A stretch of DNA of 63,779 nucleotides, the filler included, from Guillardia theta CCMP2712 (lineage: Eukaryota > Protista > Cryptophyta): the NCBI RefSeq assembly GCF_000315625.1. It is 4 parts of 4 records of this genome, joined end to end, with 100 filler letters (N's around TTAATTAATTAA, not from the genome) between each part and the next. Parts side by side here need not be neighbours in the genome. Positions count along the whole stretch, not along the records: positions 1 to 14,628 come from NW_005434466.1; positions 14,729 to 24,094 come from NW_005434269.1; 2 more parts are not named here. The stretch is one strand, 5' to 3'. Below, piece by piece: positions 11,660 through 21,618 of this stretch. The notes below the pieces were generated by a model. The model did not search any database and had not been told where the DNA came from. It saw nothing but the letters and a program-made list of their open reading frames with translations. Positions within the stretch are counted from its first letter, which is position 1; every line of letters begins with the position of its first letter. The position numbers and the translations under genes were made by a program.

Positions 11660-14628
11660 ATGGAAGACTTGTTCGCCAAGTTGCAAGAGCTGACCGAGGC
11701 CGGCGATCCAGACTATGACAGCATCATATCGACAGCCGATCAAAGTATGTATCTCTGCTGTTGTTCTCCTATTTTCGATTGTCTTCTCTTTGTTTTTGTT
11801 CTTCCTTGCTTGAGATGTTACTTCCAATGGTGTCTTGCTATTGTCCAACATCCGTGACCCGCCTCTGCAGTATTGGCCAAGGAAGCAGAGGACGAGGATG
11901 CGATCAAGTGCAAGTTTGTCGCTCTGCTGAACCTCAAGAAGTTCTCTCAAGCTCTTGATGTCGTGAAGGACAAGCCCAAGGCCTGCAAGGCCCTCTCCTT
12001 CGAACGAGCGTATGCGCTGTACAGACTCAATCAGCATGCCGATGCTCTGGAAGCGCTGGAGTCGTCGGGTACTAAGTCAGGGGAGCATGTGGGGATGGAC
12101 CTGCTTCGAGCTCAGGTGCTCTACCGCCTCGGCAAGTACAAGGAGAGCAGCGAAGTCTACGCGAGCGTCATGGACGAGGAGACAGACCCTGGGGAGCTGG
12201 CTGTGAACAGATCCGCCGCTCTCTGCTCCGCCGGGGATCCCACGCTCGGAGAGCAGGTCCTCCGAGGAGCAGCGACGATGCTGGGAGACAACGCGGACAT
12301 GTCGTACAACCGAGCATGCGCCCTGATCGAGAAGGGCGACCTGACCGGTGCGCTCAAGGCGTTGGAGGATGCAGAGTCTCTGTACAGGAAGGAGTGCGAG
12401 GAGCAGGCTGTGACGGAGGCCGAGCTGGAGGACGGGCTGATCGTGTACAATGTGCAGAGGGGGTACGTGATGCAAAGGATGGGGCAGGGGGAGAAGGCGC
12501 AAGGGGCGTACGAGGAGGCTCTGAAGAGGAAGCCAACGGATCAGGAGGTGGCTGCAGTTGCTTCCAACAACCTGTTCGCCCTGAGAGGGAAGGATACGTC
12601 GCTCTTCGACTCGGCCAAGAAGGCCAAGGCCCTCAACCTCGATGAGCAGGTGGAGGACAAGCTGACTGTCCAGCAGAGGAGGGTGTTCGCGCTCAATCGC
12701 TGCCTGCTGAACCTGTACACCAACAAGACCAAGGAGTGTCACCAGGCCCTGAGCAAGCTGGACAAGGAATTAGAGGGTTCAGAGCTCCCATCGCTGGTCA
12801 GGGCAGCGCTGCTGGCGAGGGAGAAGAAAATGGACGAGTGCACCGCCCTCTTGCAGAAGCATGCGGAAGCGAACCCAAAGACGGCGCTGCTGGTGAAGCT
12901 GACGCTGGCGCAGCTGCAGCTGTCGCAGGGAGATAGGGAGGGAGCGATTGCTGCTCTTGAGTCAGTAGAAGGGGCGTACAAGCAGGGAGGGATCGTGGGG
13001 TCGCTGGTCAAGTTGTATGAGGGGGTCAAGGACACAGCTGGAGGTGTGCTAAGAGTCTTCGCCTGTCCTCCCTGCCCCCCTGCCGCTCGTCTTGCGTTAG
13101 CCCTCCTCTCCCTCTCATGCTTGCTGGCCTCCTCCCCTCTCCCTCTCCTCTCCCTCATCCCTTCCCGCTCCTCTTCTGGCCTGCCCTCCCTTCTCGTCCC
13201 CTCCTCATACTTCGCCGCTCGTTCTCTTCTTTCTTGCCATCATCTTCTCGTCGCCATCCCGAGAGACGGCTGATCCTCTTCCTCCTTGCAGCCATCAAGA
13301 CTCTCGAGCGAGCGGCAGAGTCAGGAGGGAGCAGCAAAGAAGAGAAGCAGAACTCAAGAAAGTTCCTCCTCCTCAGCGCCGACATGCGCTCGAGGTCGCA
13401 GGATCCTGTTGAGGTTAGAGACGATCGGGAGAGGGAAACGAGGGGAAAGACGGAGGGGAGAGGAAGGGAGGGGATGGGAGAGAAGAAGAAGAGGCAGGGG
13501 AAGAACTGATTGGGTTTCAGGCAATGAAGGCGTTGGAAGCTGTGATGCTGGCTGGGGAGAAGGATCCGGACACAGTCGCTCGCCTTGTTAACGTACTGCC
13601 CGTCCCATTCCTCCCTCCCTCCCTTCCTCCCTCCTCCCTCCCTCCCTCCCTCCCTCCCTCCCTCCCTATGTCCCTCTCCTCCCCCTTCCCTCTCCTCCTC
13701 CATGTGCTCTTCTCCTCCCCAGCTCTCTTCCTTCCTCACCCTACCCTCAGCTCTGTGCGGCCATCGACCTCGGCAAGGCCGAGAAATATTCAGAGTTCCT
13801 GCCGGCCATGGATGCGGCGTCGGAGATAGACGTGCAGGTCAGAGAGAGAGGAGGGAGGGGAGAGGAGAGAAGAGGGAGGAAGGAGAAGAGGGAGGGAGAG
13901 GGAAGAGGGTGGGAAGGGAGGCAATGAGGAACCGGAGGGAGAGGAAGAGGAGCGAGGATGATGATGATGATGATGATGGAGGGAGGAGGGAGGAAAGTGC
14001 GGGACGTGACGAGGTGAACAGGAGCTCGAGAGCTTTCAGCGGGCCCTGCCGGCCACAAGGGATGCGGACGAGATGGATGTGGAGGCCACGAAGGCGAAGA
14101 TGGTGGCTCTGCAGGTGAGAAGGCAAAGGAGCAGGGGAGCACAGCAGAATGCCACTGCTGAGGAGCGCGAGAAGGAGGAGGAGCAGGGAGGAGTCGAAGG
14201 AGGAGGAGGCACGAAAAGGGGCAGTAGAAGGGAGGAGGACGAGGATGAAGACGAGGAGGAGGAGGACGAGGCGAGGGTGGAAGACTCACTTCTGTATAGG
14301 AGAAGAGAAGGCAGAGGAGGCTGATGCGTCGGAAGAAGGAGAAGGCGTCGGTCACACTCGAGGATGGTGAGACACTTGTTCCTGCTCCTCTCCTCTCCTC
14401 CCTACCTCCGCCCTCCTTCCTCGTCGTCCTCCTAGTTCCCTCTCCCTCTCCTCCTCCTCCTCCTCCTCCTCCTCCTCCTCCTCCTCCTCCTCCTCCCTCT
14501 CCCTTCCTTCTTCCTCTTCCTCTTCCTCTTTCCCTCCTCCTCAGCTCACTCTCCTCAGGCCGCTCTGTCGTCGTCGAGGCCTTTCACCTCCCCAAGAAGT
14601 ACGCGGAGCTTGTGGAGATGGGAAGCTA
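11660..14628 (+). CDS. SRP72: Signal recognition particle subunit SRP72 (TPR protein, multi-exon, 3' end lost in a gap)
   Basis: DAIKCKFVAL, FERAYALYRLN, LRAQVLYRL, YNxACALI, AVASNNL and NRCLL motifs, plus a basic C-terminal stretch followed by LPKKY. Confidence 0.9.
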
Positions 14629-14728
14629 NNNNNNNNNNNNNNNNNNNNNNNNNNNNNNNNNNNNNNNNNNNNTTAATTAATTAANNNNNNNNNNNNNNNN
14701 NNNNNNNNNNNNNNNNNNNNNNNNNNNN
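14629..14728. other. Artificial contig linker (N44-TTAATTAATTAA-N44)
   Basis: All-frame stop 12-mer centred in an N run. Confidence 0.95.
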
Positions 14729-15921
14729 TGCTGCTCTCCTCCTCCTCCTCCTCCTCCTCCTCCTCCTCCTCCTCCTCCTCCTCCTCCTCCTCCTCTCCTC
14801 CCGCCCTCACCCTCACGTCTCTTCAACTCCAGCTGCAACTGCTCCACTAGATCCCCCAGCTGACGTCGAGCTCGCTTCAAGTTCTCGTAGTCCTCGGGAG
14901 TTTCCTGCTGGACAGCAGGCGCCTCGACCGATCTCGATCTTGCAGCAAGCAGCGATCTGCAACACAAGACAATACAACAAGTGAGCATAAAATGCATGCT
15001 TGTAACTTACGTCCGCTCTCACCTTAGCTCGTCAGTTTGCTGCTCGAAATACTGCCTTTCCTCTTTGCAACGTATCAGCTCTGCTCTCAGCCCCTCAACC
15101 GCAGCCTCCACCATCCTGTCTGCCTCCTTCCTCGCCGCCTCCTCCAACCTCCTCACTTCATGCCGCAGGGCCTCGTTCTCTGCCTGTAGCTGCTGCATAG
15201 CAAGCTTGCTCTCCTCGAACTTCGACTTCTGTACCCTCTCCCTCCTCAGCTCTTGCGACAGATCGTCGATGTCCCTGTCTTGCATCGTGACCTTGGCGTT
15301 CCAGCTTGCCTCCAGCTCGTCCTTGCTCGCTGCATGGACCCTCAGCACTTCATTCTCCCTCACCAGTTTGTCCACATGAGACTCTAGAGTCGCGATCTTC
15401 TCTGACATGTGCCGAGCTGCCTCCGACCTGGCCCTTCTCGAGCCTTCCAGATCTTTCGTTGCCTGCTCTAGAGCCTTCTCGAGCTCCTTCTTCTCTCTCG
15501 CAAGCTGGTTCACCCTCCCCTCTGCTTCCAACAGCCTGTCCCTCACCTCCATGCTCCTCCGCAGCTCCTTCCCTCCCATCCCACTGATCCTGCTCTCCTC
15601 TGACGGTGCGAAAGATAAGGACGACGAGGGTCTGACACCTTCCCAGCGTCCGCGCTCTGCTACTCCCGTCTCCGACAAGCCACTTATCCCCCCGTGTGCC
15701 CATGACGCTGTCGAGGACGACAGCTCTTGCTCGCTCTTATACGTCGGCAGGCCGAAGAGCCTTCGCTTCAGACTTGAGCTCTTCAGTTCACCGTCCTCGC
15801 CTCCTTCCCCGAGCCTTCCAACATCACTACCTCCTCCTGATGCTGCTGCTGCTGCTGCTCCTCCTCCTCCTCCTCCTCCTCCTCCTGGCCGCTGCCCAGA
15901 TCGCCCGTCGTACCCCCGCAT
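14729..15921 (-). CDS. Coiled-coil protein, 5' exons (truncated by the linker)
   Basis: E/K/R/L heptad-rich ORF 15019-15951 and a further exon at ~14817-14958. Confidence 0.65.
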
Positions 15922-16019
15922 TGTCCAACGGCTGGAATGACAAGGGATCAAGTCCGCCTCAGATACGAGTGATGGACAACTAGAGGAGCCTGGGATTTAT
16001 CGTAAAGACACTGAAAGGT

Positions 16020-16990
16020 GAAGAGAGGAGAGGAGAGGAGAAGAGGTGAGCAGACAAGACCAGACCAGAGAGGAGACGAGAGGAGACGAGACGAGGTGAG
16101 CAGACAAGACCAGACCAGAGAGGAGACGAGAGGAGAGTAGACCAAGCAGAGCAGAGCAGAGCACGGCAGAGCAGAGCAGAGCACGGCAGAGCAGAGCAGA
16201 TTGGAGTGGAAGTGAGCGGGAGAGGAGGAGGAGGAGAGCAGAGCAGAGCAGAGCAGAGCAGAGCAGAGCAGAGCAGAGAAGAGCAGAGCAGAGCAGAGCA
16301 GAGCAGAGCAGAGCAGAGCAGCAGAGCAGAGCAGAGCAGAGCAGAGCAGAGAAGAGGGGTGCAGAGGAGAGGAGAGCAGAGCAGAGCAGAGCAGAGCAGA
16401 GCAGAGCAGAGCAGAGCAGGAGAGGAGAGGAGAGGAGAGGAGAGGAGAGGAGAGGAGAGGAGAGGAGAGGAGAGGAGAGGATGGAAATGGAAAGGGAGCG
16501 GGAGAGCAGAGCAGATGAGATGAGATGAGATGAGAGTCAAGGGAGAGCAGAGCAGAGCAGAGCTGCTGGGAACACACTCGCCCCTTTTGCTTTTTACATC
16601 ATTCTGCTCTCATTTTTCCCTTCGCTCAAATTTCACAGTCTCAAATAATTTCTCAGCAGAGAAGGAGAGGAGACAGGACAGGACAGGACAGGACAGGACA
16701 GGAGAGAAGGAGAGAAGAGCAGAAGAGAGGAGGAGAGAAGAGGAAAGGAGAGGAGAGAATCAGAGGAGAAGGGGAGGAAAGGACAGGACAGGACAGGACA
16801 GGACAGGACAGGACAGGACAGGACAGGACAGGACAGGACAGGAGAGAAGGAGAAAAGAGGAAAGGAGAGGTGAGGTGAGGAGAGGAGGAGAAAATAAGAG
16901 TGGGGGATGGTAATGGGAAGGGAGCGGGAAAGCAGAGAAGAGGAGAGGCAAGGATGGAAATGGGAAAGGAGGGGACAGGACAGGACAGGA
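16020..16990. repeat. Compound pentanucleotide microsatellites (AGAGC)n, (GAGAG)n, (GGACA)n, (GATGA)n
   Basis: Direct reading. Confidence 0.95.
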
Positions 16991-17147
16991 GAGAACTGGT
17001 TGGAGTAGTGTGGAGTAGTCTAGAAGAAAAGGCAACTATGAAATTGTCAATGATTGACATGGAGCGGAAAGGAGTTGATGAAATCAAGCTTGACTTAGCT
17101 CTCAATCAAATCAAACACAAAAACATCATTAAACATCTGATTCTTCT

Positions 17148-17563
17148 CTAGATTTGACTCTTCCCTTCTTTTGAGCCATCTCCCGCCGGCTCTCTCTTCT
17201 CCTCCTCCTCTCTGTCCTCTTCCTCTTCTTCGGCTCGAGCCCCCTTCTCTGACTCAAGCTCACCCGCTATGAACTGCCTCCAGTCGAAGCTCTCCGGATC
17301 CGGCGATGTCTCTTCCCTGGACCTGTTCGACGGCGAGCTCTTGCTCGTGTCCTCAGAATCCCATGCGGAGGCAGTGCTCATCGTCCTCGTGTACCTCCCC
17401 CACGACTTTCTGTCCCAGATGTCTCGCACGGTCTTGGAGCTCACGCCGTAGCACCTGCCTACGATCTCGCTCTCTGCAAACTTGTTGCTGGAGTCCAAGA
17501 CCCTCTCCTTGAAGATGCGGACGGCAAGGTCGGCGGTGAGCTTGCGGCTACGAGGGTCGTGGA
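17148..17563 (-). pseudogene. 3' part of a small HTH DNA-binding-type gene disrupted by the LTR retrotransposon
   Basis: KLTADLAVRIF...EIVGRCYGVSSKTVRDIWDRKSW is HTH-like. It joins in frame with 23739-23850 when the element and one TSD copy are removed. Confidence 0.75.
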
Positions 17564-17568
17564 GCTTG

Positions 17569-17739
17569 TGTTGTATACACAACCTTGCGTAAGACGTTGA
17601 GCTCAGATGATCTTAGGATCTCTGTTTATTAAGCACACACACTCATCAGATCAGCAGCACCACTGCAGGAATCTGCATCGTCATCCTATTTCCCTACGCT
17701 ACGTCCAAGGGGCGTCCGGTATGAGTCCAGAATACAACA
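17569..17739 (-). repeat. 3' LTR (171 bp)
   Basis: Identical to 23568-23738. Contains AATAAA on the minus strand. Confidence 0.97.
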
Positions 17740-17804
17740 TCGCTCCCACTGCGAGACGACAAGAAGGTCCACCTGTCGTTGACTTCGCTCAGAAGAATCT
17801 TGAG

Positions 17805-20800
17805 TTAAGGATCAGCAGAAGAAGAGGAAGAAGAGCGGCGGGAAGGTGACGCTTGAGCTAATAAAGAAGATTCAAATTGTTGAATTAAAGCACGAATACC
17901 AGATTTCTTGTTGAGTTCAGAAGCTGATTTCCAGGAGTGATCAGCTGGGTTAGGGTAGCCTTTCCAATGAACAAGATATTGGATACCACGACCTCGTTGA
18001 CGTTTGTCGAGAATTTGTTCCACTTCGTATTCAAGTCCTTGAGCTGTCGAAAGAGGATCCGGTCGATCGACGTGAAGCTCGAAGTTGGGATCACGGTCCT
18101 GATGGGGGCGAAGCCACTTGAGGTTGAAGACGCTGTGTTCAAGATGACGAAAGCGATCTGTCAGTTTGAGATGAACAGTGTTGTCAGAAACAAAGGAGAG
18201 GATCTTGAAGGGACCAATGAAACGAGGACGGAGCTTGGGAAAGCTGTCGGTGACGGGAATATTCGTCGTTGAGAGCCACACGAGATCGCCGATGTTGAAA
18301 TTGTGAGGGCGACGGTGTTGGTCAAGGGTCTGTTCAGTTGAACGAGCCATGTGATCGAGGGCATCGCGAGCTGCTTCCATGTGCACTTGGATGGCTTCGC
18401 GAATGTCGTCAGGATCATCAGACGAGTTGGAAAGGTCAGGGAGAGCCAGTTGAGTTTTGACGTTGCGGCCATAAATAATCTCGAATGGCGCAAGGCTTGT
18501 TGAACGTTTGACGGAAGAATTGTAATGCATCTCGAAGAGAGGAAGAAATCTGTCCCAGTCGTGGTTGACGCGATTGGCACAGTAGATGCGAAGAGCTTCA
18601 ATCAAGACGGAGTTGAGGCGTTCAGGTCGAGCATTGCCTTGAGGATAGTAAGGCGAAGAATGCTTGATTTTGACCTGCAAGATGTCGAAAAGTTTAGTCC
18701 AAAAGGCAGAAGAGAAGATTTTTGCATTATCTGAAATGATTTCGTTGGGAAGGCCTTGGGTGGCGCAGACTTTCGAAACGAAAAGATCGGCGGCTTGTTG
18801 AGAGGTGAGGGTCTTCTTGCATGGAGACAGAAAGACACGGCCAGAAAAGTTGTCAACACAAACGAAGATCGAGTCGTAATGAGAACGAGTAGGCGGGAAG
18901 CCGGAAACAACATCGATGGAGATTGTAGCAAAACGATCAGACGGAGCTGCTTGACTGTGCGACGGTCCCATCTGTGGCTTGCGATAAGATTTGTATTGGA
19001 TGCAAGATTGACAGGAAAGGATATAACGTTCGACTTGTTGACGCATAGAGGGCCAATAAACAACAGGAACAAGAGCCAAATATGTTCGAGAGAAGCCGCG
19101 GTGACTGTGAAGGTCATGGGCACGGTATAGAAGTTCTTTGCGAACAGATTGAGGAATGCAAATGCGTTGTCGGTGAAGACTATCTGTTAGAATCAGGAGA
19201 TGATTTTCAATGTGAAAATACTTGTACGATGGGTTGTTTTGAACTGCTTGATAGATTGTAGAAAAGTATGAACACGAGGAATATGCTTGTACGATTGCGT
19301 CGTGAAGAGATTCAACGAGAGAAGCATTATCAGCAGGAGCATCGAGAGCAAGGAGATGATGAAAATCTTGATCATCTGAATGTAAGATTGCGTCAGCGCG
19401 TGGAGGTGCGACGTCGTCGTCGGGGTATTGACGGCTGAGAGCGTCAGGGACAACATTATCGGTACCTTTCACGTGCGCGATCTCGACGATAGAGAATTCA
19501 CTGAGAGTTTCTAGCCAGCGGCGAAGACGACCTTTGAGATCCTTTTGAGTTTGAAAGTACGTGAGAGCCTTGTGATCAGTACGAAGGATGATGGGCTTGC
19601 CAAGCAGATAAAATTGGAAGTGAAGAAGCACGTCTTTGATGGCCAAAAGTTCGCGCTCAGTGGTTTGATAATTTCTTTCTGCATCAGTAAATAGGCGACT
19701 GTAGAATCCAATGACTTTCTCTTTGTTGGCAGCGTCGTACTGAAGAAGAACACCGCCGAGAGCTGTGTTTGAGGCATCGGTGTGAACTTCTGTTCTAAGC
19801 GCTGGATCAAAGTGACAGAGAATTGGGGAGGAGGTTAACCGGTGTTTGAGAAGATCGAAGGCTTGCTGGCACTCGGGAGTCCATTGAAAGACAACATTCT
19901 TACGAAGAAGAGCATGAAGAGGAGCAGCAATGTGGGCATAGTTGCGAATAAAGCGACGGTAATATCCGGAGAGCCCAAGAAATATTTTGATCTCCTTTGC
20001 GTTGCTGGGTGGTGGCCAGTCAAGGATCGCGCTGGTCTTACTGGATTGAGTCGATATGCCATCAGCAGAGATTTGATGACCGAGGAACTCGACACTATCT
20101 TGAAAGAGCTTGACTTTTGATTTCTTGAGGTAAACTTGATTCTCGCGGCAGCGCAGAAGAACGCGACGAAGAGTGTTGAGGTGTTGATCAAACGTGCCGA
20201 AATCAAGGATGAGCAAGTCATCAATGTATGGGAATACACTGGTAATATCACGAAAGAGAAGAGTAATCCATTCTTGAAAAATATTGCTTGCGTAAATGTA
20301 GCCGAATGGAAGATTGCGAAACTGATATTTGCCAAACTTGGTGATGATGGCGACATGTTTGCGATGATCAGGGGCAACAGGAATTTGCCAAAAACCGCGG
20401 AGAAGATCGAGAGCGGAAATCCAAAGTTTGTATTCAGAAGGGTGCAAGAAACGCTTGGATTTGCGAATGACCTCGGCGACAGATTCTAACATCTCCTCAG
20501 GGTTAGGAGTGGGATACCTGGGGTTGCTGTGGACCATGGCATTAAGTTTTCGCAAGTCAGTGCAAAGACGATAGCTGGAGGGATCTGTAGGAGATCGAGG
20601 GTCGTTTTTGCGGCGACTGTAAAGCACGGGGAAGCCAAAGGGGCTGTTGGAAGGTTCGATGATGTTGCGAGATAACAAATATTCCAACGTCTTTTGAAGT
20701 TCTTGTTCGAGGAAAAGCGGGAGCCGATAGGGTCGTAGACTGACAGGTTTAGCATCAGGTAAAATGTCAATGGTGGCCTGAAATTCACGAGAAATGTTAT

Positions 20801-21569
20801 AATTGGCGGGCAGATCATCGGTAATGACATCAGAAAATTCGTCCAGAAGTAAAGAAATTGCTTGCTCCTCTGGGGACACATCAGAAGAACGAGCCGGAGA
20901 GAAAGAATTGGCTGACGGTGGCGTGGAGGATGAATCAACTTGGAGAACGCAGAGAAACCAATCGTCCTCATCGTTGTCTTGTTGTTGAGAAGCAAAAACA
21001 TCGGTCAATGACAGGAAAGTAACTTGCGCAAAGGATTGGGGAGCTGTAAGAGAATTAAGCGGAACCATTTCACATGTCGGAAGACGCACGAGTTGTTGCT
21101 TGTGGGAAGATTCAATCCATACTTCACGGGTTCGGGCACGAAAAACAAGTCCATATCGAGTTTGCCACGTCAGGGAAAAAATGCATGTAGATAATGTAGA
21201 AGGCAGCACATTGAAATTATCGGTAAATGAGTGTTTGCCAATTGAATAAGTAAGAGAAATAATGCCGAGAGTCTGTAAGTGAACTCCATTGGCGACGCAT
21301 ACAGGGATACGAATAGAGCTGTCAATAGCTGATAAGGGAATATGCAAACGATCGAGGAGGGCGGTCGAAATAACATCGACGGCAGCACCGCCATCGAGAA
21401 GAGCTGTGAAATGATAAGGGTCAGCATCAGGAGAAATAGATGAACAAGTCACGGGAAATTTGATGAGATCTGTGACCAGCGATGCTGAATTGTGCAGAAC
21501 GGAAGGGGACGGAGTTTCACCTGAGAAGATGAAATGAGAACAAAGCTGGGGGCTCCGTAGAAGAAGAAA
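17805..21569 (-). CDS. pol: Pol polyprotein: aspartic protease, reverse transcriptase, RNase H, integrase, chromodomain
   Basis: ALLDGGA, LPFG, YIDD, TDAS, TDHKAL, HHCC zinc finger, DDE core, GPF, and EYEVEQILDKR...YLVHWKGY. The frame is open from 21569. Confidence 0.96.
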   Translation of the reverse strand, partial: FLLLRSPQLCSHFIFSGETPSPSVLHNSASLVTDLIKFPVTCSSISPDADPYHFTALLDGGAAVDVISTALLDRLHIPLSAIDSSIRIPVCVANGVHLQTLGIISLTYSIGKHSFTDNFNVLPSTLSTCIFSLTWQTRYGLVFRARTREVWIESSHKQQLVRLPTCEMVPLNSLTAPQSFAQVTFLSLTDVFASQQQDNDEDDWFLCVLQVDSSSTPPSANSFSPARSSDVSPEEQAISLLLDEFSDVITDDLPANYNISREFQATIDILPDAKPVSLRPYRLPLFLEQELQKTLEYLLSRNIIEPSNSPFGFPVLYSRRKNDPRSPTDPSSYRLCTDLRKLNAMVHSNPRYPTPNPEEMLESVAEVIRKSKRFLHPSEYKLWISALDLLRGFWQIPVAPDHRKHVAIITKFGKYQFRNLPFGYIYASNIFQEWITLLFRDITSVFPYIDDLLILDFGTFDQHLNTLRRVLLRCRENQVYLKKSKVKLFQDSVEFLGHQISADGISTQSSKTSAILDWPPPSNAKEIKIFLGLSGYYRRFIRNYAHIAAPLHALLRKNVVFQWTPECQQAFDLLKHRLTSSPILCHFDPALRTEVHTDASNTALGGVLLQYDAANKEKVIGFYSRLFTDAERNYQTTERELLAIKDVLLHFQFYLLGKPIILRTDHKALTYFQTQKDLKGRLRRWLETLSEFSIVEIAHVKGTDNVVPDALSRQYPDDDVAPPRADAILHSDDQDFHHLLALDAPADNASLVESLHDAIVQAYSSCSYFSTIYQAVQNNPSYKYFHIENHLLILTDSLHRQRICIPQSVRKELLYRAHDLHSHRGFSRTYLALVPVVYWPSMRQQVERYILSCQSCIQYKSYRKPQMGPSHSQAAPSDRFATISIDVVSGFPPTRSHYDSIFVCVDNFSGRVFLSPCKKTLTSQQAADLFVSKVCATQGLPNEIISDNAKIFSSAFWTKLFDILQVKIKHSSPYYPQGNARPERLNSVLIEALRIYCANRVNHDWDRFLPLFEMHYNSSVKRSTSLAPFEIIYGRNVKTQLALPDLSNSSDDPDDIREAIQVHMEAARDALDHMARSTEQTLDQHRRPHNFNIGDLVWLSTTNIPVTDSFPKLRPRFIGPFKILSFVSDNTVHLKLTDRFRHLEHSVFNLKWLRPHQDRDPNFELHVDRPDPLSTAQGLEYEVEQILDKRQRGRGIQYLVHWKGYPNPADHSWKSASELNKKSGIRALIQQFESSLLAQASPSRRSSSSSSADP

Positions 21570-21618
21570 TCATGCTCGTCGTCGAACTGCAATAACCGAG
21601 AGCATGACCTGCGGTACC

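Noticed and set aside
14673-14684. TTAATTAATTAA palindromes (also at 24139 and 56074) as biological sites
   Set aside because: Each is centred in an N run, so they are assembly linkers. Gene neighbourhoods across them were not interpreted.
15948-17105. ORFs such as LCSALLCSALL / SCPVLSCPVL, and poly-S/D/H/A ORFs elsewhere
   Set aside because: They are translations of microsatellites.
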